From: Candidatus Poseidoniia archaeon
GTDB lineage: Archaea; Thermoplasmatota; Poseidoniia; MGIII; CG-Epi1
Assembly: GCA_034399455.1 (NCBI GenBank)
Contig: DASCSW010000001.1
Coordinates: 1-47,667 of the forward strand
Reading direction: 5' to 3'
Length of the DNA: 47,667 nt
This document shows positions 9,166 through 17,703 of the stretch, piece by piece. The notes beneath the pieces were generated by a model, which searched no databases, was not told where the DNA came from, and saw nothing but the letters and a program-made list of their open reading frames with translations. Made by a program: the position numbers and the translations under genes. Position 1 is the first letter of the stretch. Each line of letters begins with the position of its first letter.

Positions 9166-10365
9166 CTAATTATCCTTTTGGTTGCGCATTGACGCTACAA
9201 AACCCTTATCTATTAATCCTCTACCAACTAATGCAGTATAATTAACTAATAATAAAACTAAAATTCCAGAAGCTATAACAATCAAGTGAGATACAAAACC
9301 AACACCCTTGATATTACTTACAAAAAGGGTACCCTCCGAAGCTAAGAAAAAGCTACTTGCCCCATAAGCTGCCGTAAAAGAAATCGCATAGAAAATAACA
9401 TTGTGCCTATTCATGATTGTTCCCTTATTGTCTTTTTTATTATTTCTTGCCTCTGAACGCAAAGCCTGAGCTGAAAGTGAATAAATAACAAGCATAATTG
9501 TAACTACCATAAATACTAGATCAAAAACAAAACTTGGTTTACTTTCTAAGGAATACAGCATAACGCCTAAATGGTATGCAAGAAAACTCCAATATCCTAT
9601 TGAAAAATATGCTGAAAAAACCGAGATCATAGGATCTGACCAATTTCTAGAATACATTCTATGAAGAAGAAAAAATGATAAGATTCCAAGTAATATCATT
9701 ATAACAAACCATGAAATCTTAAAAAGATTGCTAAATTTAGTGCCTTGGGATTCAAGCGTTAAAAAAATACAAAAGCCAATAATTGACCATAATATCGGAG
9801 AAAAAATATTAGCATACTTTCCAAACTCACTATTTTTCTTACTTTTTACTTTTATCATTCGATTTAGAGCTATTTCCTTAAATGGAACTCTCATCCACCA
9901 TGCCTGTGCAAATTGCCACAAAACAAAAATTAAAACTAAGCTTAAAGAAAGAAAATCCCTCATTCTATCTTCATATTCCGTAAATACGAATAAATACCAA
10001 ATTATCAAAGATATTAAAAGAGAAAAACCAAGAGGTAAAGATAAAATTTTCCTGTAATTTCCAGTAGAGAAAGTTTTCAAAGAATCAAATCTCATTAGGA
10101 AAGCTACCAATAGATAACCTAATGAAAAACCAAAACCGAGAATTAAAATCATATCTACAAAAAATTGATTAGAACTACGACTAAAAAAACCTAAAACCAT
10201 TAAGAAAATAGATAATAAAATCGCATGAGGTGCTGTATTTCTAGAAAAAAGTATCTTAAAAATATCCAAAGATGAAATTATTGGAGGGCCAGCTTCTTCT
10301 TTCTCCTCTACGGATGATGAATCTAACTTTTCCGATTCTAATTCAACTTCTATTTCTTCTTCCAT
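9166..10365 (-). CDS. Polytopic integral membrane protein (about 10-11 TM) with an acidic N-terminal tail, unknown family
   Basis: The 399-aa product has the N-terminus MEEEIEVELESEKLDSSSVEEKEE followed by many hydrophobic segments. It overlaps the upstream Zn-ribbon gene by 23 nt. I recognise no catalytic motif. Confidence 0.6.
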   Translation of the reverse strand: MEEEIEVELESEKLDSSSVEEKEEAGPPIISSLDIFKILFSRNTAPHAILLSIFLMVLGFFSRSSNQFFVDMILILGFGFSLGYLLVAFLMRFDSLKTFSTGNYRKILSLPLGFSLLISLIIWYLFVFTEYEDRMRDFLSLSLVLIFVLWQFAQAWWMRVPFKEIALNRMIKVKSKKNSEFGKYANIFSPILWSIIGFCIFLTLESQGTKFSNLFKISWFVIMILLGILSFFLLHRMYSRNWSDPMISVFSAYFSIGYWSFLAYHLGVMLYSLESKPSFVFDLVFMVVTIMLVIYSLSAQALRSEARNNKKDNKGTIMNRHNVIFYAISFTAAYGASSFFLASEGTLFVSNIKGVGFVSHLIVIASGILVLLLVNYTALVGRGLIDKGFVASMRNQKDN

Positions 10366-10975
10366 TCTTTTGATTCCTTCTTACCGCAGATTTCTTATCC
10401 GATAAATAAAAGCATGTTATTCGAGAAATTTCTAATGCATAGGCCAATTTTACCGATTTTCCTCCAAATAAATTAATAGCTTTTATTTTTGCTGTTTTCC
10501 CCTCAATACGTACTTTCATTCCAACTTGAAATTCTTCAGTTGCCTCAAATTCCTGTTTTACAGAAATTGTAGATTCGCCATCATGTATAGCAAAACGAAT
10601 TTTTGCATGCGTTGCTTTTTTTGCCCAAACTATAGGATTATCTTGTGAATAGGCTTGATTAGGGCGCTTATTTCCTATTTCAAGGCCTGTGATTAAAATT
10701 AAACCATCGGGATGAGGACGTGTATCACCTACTCTAAGAATAACACCTCTATCAATTTCCAAGATATTTTTTTTAGTTTCATCATCCTCTGATATTCGCA
10801 ACCTTAATTCTAAGGGAAGTTCTTCGCGTATTTCTGTTGGTCCTGTTGTATTACATTCTAAACACTTCACAACTCCTTGAAAGCTAAATCCACGCTTAGA
10901 TGATGTTCGGCTCTTTAGTACCTCATGAGGGCATTCTTCATCACAAATTTCACAAAAAATCCAGAATTCTTCCAT
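10343..10975 (-). CDS. Archaeal zinc-ribbon protein (COG1326 / HVO_0476-like family)
   Basis: The 210-aa product has an N-terminal Cys4 ribbon, FCEICDEECPHEV...VKCLECNTTG, followed by a beta-rich body. Its ATG overlaps the purH stop (TAATG at 10975). Confidence 0.6.
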   Translation of the reverse strand: MEEFWIFCEICDEECPHEVLKSRTSSKRGFSFQGVVKCLECNTTGPTEIREELPLELRLRISEDDETKKNILEIDRGVILRVGDTRPHPDGLILITGLEIGNKRPNQAYSQDNPIVWAKKATHAKIRFAIHDGESTISVKQEFEATEEFQVGMKVRIEGKTAKIKAINLFGGKSVKLAYALEISRITCFYLSDKKSAVRRNQKNGRRNRS

Positions 10976-12510
10976 TAGTGCTTGAAGTGCCTCATACCTG
11001 TAAAAACCATTGCTATATTATGCTCATTTGCTGCATCAATAACCTCTTGATCACGCATTGAACCACCAGGTTGAATGACTGCTGTAATGCCTGCTTTAAC
11101 TGCTTCATCCACTCCATCTCTAAATGGGAAAAAAGCATCGGAAGCCATAACGCAATTTTTTGCATCGGGAATTGATTTAAATGTTGCAATTTTAACTGAA
11201 TCAATCCTTGACATCTGACCTGCACCTATACCTATTGTGTTTTTTCCTTTAGCAAAAACTATGGCATTGCTCTTAACATGTTTAACTATTTTCCAAGCAA
11301 AATGAAGACTTTCTAATTCATCGTCAGACGGCTTACGCTCTGTTACTATTTTACAATCTGAAATATCAATCATTGCATCGTCACTTTCCTGTAAAAGCCA
11401 GCCTTTGTCTAAAGAACGCAAAGTGGGGTTACGATGATAATTCTCAAGACTACCTGTTTCTAAAATTCTCAAATTCTCTTTAGTTGATAAAATGTTTAAT
11501 GCTTCTTTCGTAAACGAGGGTGCAATAACTCCTTCTTTGAAAGATGAAATAATATTTTTAGCTAAGTCTTCTCCAACCTCTGCATTAAATGATATAATGC
11601 CACCAAAAGAACTTTGAGGATCTGTGTTAATTGCTAATTCATAGGCTTCTTCTAGAGTTTCAGCACTAGCCGCACCACAAGGATTATTGTGTTTAACAAC
11701 AACAGCAGATAATTCTTCAAATTCTTTTATAATAGACAAAGCTGCATCAAAATCTAAAAGATTGTTATAACTTAATTGCTTTCCTTGAATTTGTACAGCT
11801 TCAGAAACTGAAGGGCTTGATGATAAACTATCTGAATAGAATATGGCTGATTGATGCGGATTCTCCCCATATCTTAGTGGAGGACTACCAATTCCCGAAA
11901 TTTGTAAAGATGATGGTAAACCTTCTTCGTCAAATCTTTCGGCCAACTCTCGTTGAATCGCCGTATCATATTCGGCTGTATGTCTAAAGGCCTTCAAAGC
12001 TAATTCTTGTCTTTGCTCTAAATTAAGACCACCTGCTTTAATTTCACCTACAATCCAATCGTAATCTTCTGGATCTGACACAACCGATACACGTAGATGG
12101 TTTTTAGCCGATGCTCGGAGCAAACTAGGGCCTCCAATATCTATTTGCTCAATTAATGATTTCAACTCAACACCCTGAGAAGCCGCTTCTTTGAATGGAT
12201 ATAAATTACAAACTACCATATCAAAAAAATCTATTTTATGTTTTTTAGTTTCTTCTAAATCCGAATCACGTGCCAAAATACCTCCAAAAATTAAAGGATG
12301 TAACGTTTTGAGACGCCCCCCCATCATTTCCGGGAAATCAGTAACATCTTCTATAGAAATCACATTTATTCCCTCAGACGCTATTGCTTTAGCAGTACCA
12401 CCTGTTGAAATTATTTCAATACCAAGGCTATCAAGTGATTTGGCAAAATTAGTTAACTTATCCTTATCACTAACACTAATCAATGCTCTGTATATTTTTC
12501 TTCTTTCCAT
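10975..12510 (-). CDS. purH: Bifunctional AICAR transformylase / IMP cyclohydrolase
   Basis: The 511-aa product has an MGS-like N-terminus (ALISVSDKDKL...STGGTAK...GGRLKTLHP), NLYPF, DIGGPSLLRASAKNH, VVKHNNPCGAA and GQMSRIDS, and ends in the characteristic MRHFKH. Confidence 0.95.
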   Translation of the reverse strand: MERRKIYRALISVSDKDKLTNFAKSLDSLGIEIISTGGTAKAIASEGINVISIEDVTDFPEMMGGRLKTLHPLIFGGILARDSDLEETKKHKIDFFDMVVCNLYPFKEAASQGVELKSLIEQIDIGGPSLLRASAKNHLRVSVVSDPEDYDWIVGEIKAGGLNLEQRQELALKAFRHTAEYDTAIQRELAERFDEEGLPSSLQISGIGSPPLRYGENPHQSAIFYSDSLSSSPSVSEAVQIQGKQLSYNNLLDFDAALSIIKEFEELSAVVVKHNNPCGAASAETLEEAYELAINTDPQSSFGGIISFNAEVGEDLAKNIISSFKEGVIAPSFTKEALNILSTKENLRILETGSLENYHRNPTLRSLDKGWLLQESDDAMIDISDCKIVTERKPSDDELESLHFAWKIVKHVKSNAIVFAKGKNTIGIGAGQMSRIDSVKIATFKSIPDAKNCVMASDAFFPFRDGVDEAVKAGITAVIQPGGSMRDQEVIDAANEHNIAMVFTGMRHFKH

Positions 12511-12538
12511 GCAATTTACACCTTAAAAAAATGCAAAA

Positions 12539-13207
12539 TTAGGTACTATCTGGAAGTTTCTTTAAAAATTTTCCAGAAATCTCTTTGGAGAGATAAACAG
12601 TAGTACCTGCCTTCATAATTTCATTACCACTCTCTTCAGCTGTTTTTACATCAACCAAAAGAACTATGGGTTTACCAATTATATGGCGGCCAGCTTCTAA
12701 AGCATTCAACCTTGTACTCGAAAGATGAACCATATTTCGATCACCTGGATACAAACCATGTTCAAGATACTCATCTGCATCTTCTTTTGAACAAGCAAAA
12801 TATAAATGTTCTGGATTTTTGTCTGTTGGTAAATCAAGTTCTAGGTCTAAAGTATGGGCATATGTTGCTCTGAGTCTACCGTTCTCAAGTTGATAGCGCC
12901 CTTTAGGGTCTGTCTCAACTACTGCCTGTAAATGACGAGTTTCCAAATAATGAAAATGTCGCCTTTGAGTTTTTATCGATTCAACAAATTCAGAAGCCTC
13001 GACCCACCCTTGCTTATCCATTTCAAGTTCAAACCTATCAGGGAAGTGACGTAACACTCCTGCCATAACTCTTCCAAATTGATCTAAATGCCTTGGAGAC
13101 ATTACCAAAACCCCCTCTTCTCCGCTAAGAGGACATTTTTCACCTCTAAAAAAACCGTGCCCGTACTTAACTTCTTCTTTTAACGGAACTGTTGGATTTC
13201 TACGCAT
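12539..13207 (-). CDS. kptA: RNA 2'-phosphotransferase (Tpt1/KptA family)
   Basis: Family blocks present are VMAGVLRHFPDRFELEMDKQGWV, RYQLENGRLRATYAHT and VHLS...A..AG. The longest ORF is 222 aa. The internal ATG at 13102 (MSPRHLDQFGR...) would give a more typical length of about 187 aa. Confidence 0.8.
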   Translation of the reverse strand: MRRNPTVPLKEEVKYGHGFFRGEKCPLSGEEGVLVMSPRHLDQFGRVMAGVLRHFPDRFELEMDKQGWVEASEFVESIKTQRRHFHYLETRHLQAVVETDPKGRYQLENGRLRATYAHTLDLELDLPTDKNPEHLYFACSKEDADEYLEHGLYPGDRNMVHLSSTRLNALEAGRHIIGKPIVLLVDVKTAEESGNEIMKAGTTVYLSKEISGKFLKKLPDST

Positions 13208-13243
13208 GTACGACCATTGCAGAGGTATGTATAATATTAGTTC

Positions 13244-14827
13244 TTAATCGGTTTGAAATGTGGTTTGTACCGAACCATTTTCAAATGTGTGTGATCTTTC
13301 AATTGGCTGTAATTCTTCCGAAGTAGGTAAATCTATCTCTATTCTTCCTGCTGAAAACAGGTCATGCATTCTTTGTTCTTTGCCTCTGCTACTCCAAAGT
13401 GCAGCTTCATCTCTACTGTCTTTAGTCACGAAAATAAATACTTCACCAGGTCTATTTCTTCCAGTACGTCCTCTTCTCTGAATTAATCTTATGGCTGAGG
13501 AAACTGGTTCATAAAATATGACAACATCTGTAGAGGGAATGTCTAAACCTTCCTCGCCAACTGATGTTGCGACTAAAATATTGAAATCACCGTTTCGAAA
13601 ACAATTAAGGATTTCTTTCTGTTGCTTCTGAGTCATTCCCTTATCGCCTTCTCTAGAACCTTGACCTACAAATCGAACAGGTTTAGCTTTCGGTATATTA
13701 GACAAGCGTTCTACAATTAAAGATGCAGTGTACCTAATTTCAGAAAAAACTATGAAACGGGATGAACCTGTTTGAATTTGTAAATCTATCAATTCAAACA
13801 AACGGTCTAATTTTGGATTATCTGCTTTATTTGCTTTTGCAATTTCTACAGCTATTTTCCAATCTGAATTTGAAGATAACCACTTATTAGCGCGACTACC
13901 TTTTTTCTTAGCTTTTGCCTCTTTGTCAATTCTTAATGAATAATCTAAGAATTGAGTTATTCCTTGTGTTTCTACTGTTAAAATTGCATGTGCTATTTTC
14001 ATAGCCATAGCTTGAGTAGTCATAAGATTGAATATTTGAGGAGGGGTGTTGGGTTTAGTTTGCATGTATTTTACTTGCAACTGTTTACCTGCTTTAAGCA
14101 ACATTGTTGTTGATATTTTTCTAGGTCGCTCAAGAAAACCTTGCTTGTATAATTTACCGCATAAATAATCTTGCAAACTCCTTAATTGGTTAGCAATATG
14201 CTTAACAGAATCAGGCATACTTACTGTGACCCATCTCGTTTTGATTGGTTGAATATAGTCAACAACATCTGGATCACTATCGTCTCTATTTTCTACAGCT
14301 GAAATAGCTAAATCACGACAAAGACGTATAATTTCTGATTTGGAACTTCCTGGTGAAGCTGTCATTCCCAACGATAAATGATTTTTAGCAACAGAATGAT
14401 AGTGATGACCTATTGAAACATATGCATAATTCCCCACTGCTCGATGAGCTTCATCAAAAATAACTAATGAAAAATTATCCAAACTAACTCTACCATTTTC
14501 AATATCCTTAGAAACAACTTGTGGAGTTGAAACAATAACCTTAGTAGAAGACCAAAGTGGTTTACGCCCATCTGGTGAAATTGCTCCTGTAAACAAATTA
14601 ACTTCAGCATCTAAATACTCCTTAAAAAACTCTGAATGTTGTTCAGCTAACGGTTTTGTTGGTGCCATCAACAATATTTGACCTTTTTCTAGTCTCTCCA
14701 GAATAACTCGCAAAGCAATGACTGTCTTACCCATTCCTGTAGGAAGAATTACCAGAGTTGACTGCTCGAGACAAGCTTTTGATATATTAGACTGATAATG
14801 TCTATCTTCTAATGTTTTGGCTTTCAA
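13244..14827 (-). CDS. Hef/FANCM-like SF2 helicase, helicase module only with no ERCC4 nuclease domain
   Basis: The 527-aa product is collinear with the helicase half of Pyrococcus Hef as I remember it. Matching blocks are HYQ, ILPTGMGKT, MAPTKPLAEQH, FDEAHRAVGNYAY, MTASPGS, VATSVGEEGLDIP, FYEPVSSAIRLIQRRGRTGR and DEAALWSS. The ORF stops about 45 aa later. The start codon is TTG. Confidence 0.8.
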   Translation of the reverse strand: MKAKTLEDRHYQSNISKACLEQSTLVILPTGMGKTVIALRVILERLEKGQILLMAPTKPLAEQHSEFFKEYLDAEVNLFTGAISPDGRKPLWSSTKVIVSTPQVVSKDIENGRVSLDNFSLVIFDEAHRAVGNYAYVSIGHHYHSVAKNHLSLGMTASPGSSKSEIIRLCRDLAISAVENRDDSDPDVVDYIQPIKTRWVTVSMPDSVKHIANQLRSLQDYLCGKLYKQGFLERPRKISTTMLLKAGKQLQVKYMQTKPNTPPQIFNLMTTQAMAMKIAHAILTVETQGITQFLDYSLRIDKEAKAKKKGSRANKWLSSNSDWKIAVEIAKANKADNPKLDRLFELIDLQIQTGSSRFIVFSEIRYTASLIVERLSNIPKAKPVRFVGQGSREGDKGMTQKQQKEILNCFRNGDFNILVATSVGEEGLDIPSTDVVIFYEPVSSAIRLIQRRGRTGRNRPGEVFIFVTKDSRDEAALWSSRGKEQRMHDLFSAGRIEIDLPTSEELQPIERSHTFENGSVQTTFQTD

Positions 14828-14899
14828 AAACTTGTGTGAAAATGTTCATTTTTGGAACCTAAGATACCCCTTAAGGTAAAAGTAAAAAAACGTACTTGT

Positions 14900-17167
14900 C
14901 TATTTCTTACTTGATTTTTTCCGTAAAGATTCAATCAATTTGCTAGCTGTTCCTTGCCGACCACCTGTCAATTCAGAATAGGATTTTATACCAACTAATT
15001 TGCATGCATCTTCTTCCTCAAGTTCAGCCTTCTTAACCAAATTTTTGATAAAATTTAACTGCTTAGGACTTGGTGGGCGAGGAACGCTGTCTGTTTTATT
15101 TTTTAATAGACTAATCAAATTACTTGCAGTGCCTGATTTGCCTCCAGTAAGTTCACTGAAATTTGAAACTCCTACTAATTCACACGCCGAGGACTCATCC
15201 ATTTCTAACGATTCGGCTAAACTTTTTGCATATGATATTTGTTTCTCCGAGGCTGGGAGTGCGATATCTTCAGTAGCTTTCCTAAGTTTATCAATAACCT
15301 CACCTATTCTTTCTCCACTCATTTTTTGTGGATCTTCACCACCAGTAATCTCCTCTAATTCTGAATCCGATACTAAACTAGCTAAACGTTCATAATAATC
15401 TAATTGACGCTTAGTAGGTGTTTCTTTCTTCTTAGATATTGCAGTTTCATGAAGTTGGCGAAATGAATTTACAAAACTATCCCATACCTTAGCTCCTTTT
15501 TGCTGACCTGTTTCTATTTGGTCTAAATCCAATTCCATATCTGCCGTAAAAGATGAAGAAAAAAGATTAATATTGTTTTCTGCCGAATTATAGAAAGGTA
15601 CTACGTCATTACAAAGTAGAATCCCTTGATCTGTGGGTTTAAGTCTACCTTTATTATCACTACAATATTTACGATCTAGTAATTTTTTGATTGTTGCTGC
15701 ATATGTGGAAGGGCGACCGATGCCTTCTGATTTCATCAATGCTACCAAACCGTGTTGTGTGTAACGCGCAGGTGGCTTTGTTTTATCTTCAATCAATTTT
15801 GGGTTAGCTTCTTTGTTATCTAATGGTATTTTTTTACCCTCTGAAATTTCAGGTTTAGGTGGTGACGTTGCAGGAGTTTTATCAATTGCCTCAAATGCAG
15901 ATTCCCAACCAGGACTTACTCGCCACTTAGTATCACCATCCAAGAATTTGTCAAAAGTTTCAAGTTTTGCCTGAATTTTCATACTATTCCACTTCGAATC
16001 ACACATTTGACTAGCAATAAATCTTGACCAAATTAAACGATATAAACGCACTTGTGATTCATCCAAACCATTTGGCAATTCAGACAAAGGATTAGTTGGC
16101 CTAATGGCCTCATGAGCATCTTGAACACCAGATTTTGGTTTACCTCCAAGAGAACCTTTTCCAACAAAATCTGAACCCCACTTTGAAGTAATAAACTCCT
16201 TTGCTTTATTACGAGAAGAGGCACTAGTGCGTGTGGAATCTGTTCGCATATATGTTATGTGACCTGCCTCATAAAGACCTTGAGCAATACGCATAGTATT
16301 ACTCGGCCTCCAACTATATTTGCTTCCAGATGCTTGAAGTAAAGTGTCTGTTGTAAAAGGGGGTTTCGGACGTCTTTTGTACTCATTCAAAGATACGTTC
16401 TCTATATTTAATTGGGATTCTAAATTCAAATATTCATAAGCCTTATTTGCTAAATTTGAATCATTTGTACGATGAATGTCTAACTTTCCTTTTTCGTCTT
16501 TCCAGACTAAAGGATCATCCTTATCATGGAATCTAACTCTAAAATCTATTCCAGAAACAAAGGCTTGAACTGCCCAATAAGGTGTAGAAATAAATTTTTG
16601 AATTTCTTTTTCGCGATTAACTACAAAACCTAAAGTTGGTGTTTGAACACGACCCATAGAGGTTAAACTCCAAGATCTCGCAAAACGAGAAGTACGGTAA
16701 CCAATCAAACGATCCATAAACCTACGAACCTTAGCTGCATCCACAAGATTCATATCAACCTCACCTGCAGCTTCCAAAGCTTCTTTTATCGCAGTTTCAG
16801 TTATTTCATTGAAGGTTATCCTTTGAATATCTCCGAATTCAGAAAGCAACTCAGAGAGTCTCCATGCAATAAATTCACCTTCTCTATCTGGATCTGTAGC
16901 AATGAGAACTCTATCTACCTTCTTACGACGACTATCTGAAATGATGCGATTAACTGTTTTTTCGGCTCTTTGTGTCCAATCCCAAGGAGGATTTGGTAGA
17001 CTATTATCAGTATGGCTCCACAATGCTTTACTGCCATCTTTTCCCTTTGTAGGTAAATCCTGAACATGACCTACAGAAGCTCTTACCAATATATTCTTAC
17101 CTAAATATTTTTGAATCGTTTTGGCTTTTGCCCCGGACTCTACAACAACCAAATCCATTAACTGCAC
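14900..17167 (-). CDS. topA: Type IA DNA topoisomerase (TopA-like) with three C-terminal topoisomerase repeats instead of zinc fingers
   Basis: The 755-aa product has a Toprim domain (VVVESGAKAKTIQKYLG, ATDPDREGE) and the active-site Tyr block GHITYMRTDS, plus QDAHEAIRPT. The C-terminus carries 3 tandem modules of about 50 aa. The probable true start is the ATG at 17158 (MDLVVVES). Confidence 0.9.
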   Translation of the reverse strand: MQLMDLVVVESGAKAKTIQKYLGKNILVRASVGHVQDLPTKGKDGSKALWSHTDNSLPNPPWDWTQRAEKTVNRIISDSRRKKVDRVLIATDPDREGEFIAWRLSELLSEFGDIQRITFNEITETAIKEALEAAGEVDMNLVDAAKVRRFMDRLIGYRTSRFARSWSLTSMGRVQTPTLGFVVNREKEIQKFISTPYWAVQAFVSGIDFRVRFHDKDDPLVWKDEKGKLDIHRTNDSNLANKAYEYLNLESQLNIENVSLNEYKRRPKPPFTTDTLLQASGSKYSWRPSNTMRIAQGLYEAGHITYMRTDSTRTSASSRNKAKEFITSKWGSDFVGKGSLGGKPKSGVQDAHEAIRPTNPLSELPNGLDESQVRLYRLIWSRFIASQMCDSKWNSMKIQAKLETFDKFLDGDTKWRVSPGWESAFEAIDKTPATSPPKPEISEGKKIPLDNKEANPKLIEDKTKPPARYTQHGLVALMKSEGIGRPSTYAATIKKLLDRKYCSDNKGRLKPTDQGILLCNDVVPFYNSAENNINLFSSSFTADMELDLDQIETGQQKGAKVWDSFVNSFRQLHETAISKKKETPTKRQLDYYERLASLVSDSELEEITGGEDPQKMSGERIGEVIDKLRKATEDIALPASEKQISYAKSLAESLEMDESSACELVGVSNFSELTGGKSGTASNLISLLKNKTDSVPRPPSPKQLNFIKNLVKKAELEEEDACKLVGIKSYSELTGGRQGTASKLIESLRKKSSKK
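14921..15418 (-). repeat. Three tandem in-frame repeats of about 150 nt encoding the topA C-terminal repeat modules
   Basis: Repeat 2 (15104-15256) encodes PASEKQISYAKSLAESLEMDESSACELVGVSNFSELTGGKSGTASNLISLL. Repeat 3 (14921-15073) encodes PSPKQLNFIKNLVKKAELEEEDACKLVGIKSYSELTGGRQGTASKLIESL. Repeat 1 (15281-15418) is a degenerate copy, PTKRQLDYYERLASL...ITGGEDPQKMSGERIGEVIDKL. Confidence 0.8.
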
Positions 17168-17212
17168 GCCTAAAAGGTAGAATAAATATCTTTTTCTAAA
17201 ACAACAAAATTA

Positions 17213-17232
17213 CGGGGGACTATAGTCCCCCG
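17213..17232. promoter_or_regulatory. Perfect 20-bp GC-rich palindrome in the topA / CoA-binding-protein divergent spacer; candidate operator
   Basis: The sequence cgggggactatagtcccccg is exactly self-complementary (10+10 nt, no spacer). It sits in an otherwise A/T-rich 150-nt divergent intergenic region, about 45-55 nt upstream of the topA start. Confidence 0.4.
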
Positions 17233-17319
17233 GATTTAAAACCCTAAAAAACACAAAAAAAACAATGTCTCCGAATTAAATCTCAAACATTAAAAACTAA
17301 ACCTTTTGTAGAAAGTTAA

Positions 17320-17703
17320 ATGGTATTACAAAAATTGAAAGAAAAAAATGCAAGTATTGCACTTATTGGAGCGTCGAATGATAAAAACAAATTTGGAAAC
17401 AAAATTTATCTTAATTTAAAAAATAAGGGATTTAATGTGACACCCATAAATCCAAAAGAAAATACAATTGAAGGCGATAAAGCATATATTTCAATTGAAA
17501 AAATGAGTGAATTACCTGACATTGCTAACTTTGTTGTACCTCCTGATATTGCTATGGAAATAGCTCAGCATATTGTTAGATTAGGTGTCAAACATTTATG
17601 GTTTCAACCAGGGTCTGAGAGTAACGAATTAGAAGAATGGCTGAAAAATACCGATGGAATAAAATATCTAATAAATTCTTGTATAATGATTGAAACTAAA
17701 TAA
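17320..17703 (+). CDS. CoA-binding domain protein (YccU/YneT-like)
   Basis: The 127-aa product has IALIGASNDKNKFGNKIYLNLKNKGFNVTPINPK...IEGDKAY and WFQPG, typical of the small CoA-binding Rossmann family. Confidence 0.75.
   Translation: MVLQKLKEKNASIALIGASNDKNKFGNKIYLNLKNKGFNVTPINPKENTIEGDKAYISIEKMSELPDIANFVVPPDIAMEIAQHIVRLGVKHLWFQPGSESNELEEWLKNTDGIKYLINSCIMIETK

Noticed and set aside
12539-13207. N-terminal extension of about 35 aa on KptA/Tpt1, considered as an extra domain.
   Set aside because: An internal ATG at 13102 gives a protein of canonical length that starts just before the conserved LRH block. The extension is probably an artefact of choosing the longest ORF.
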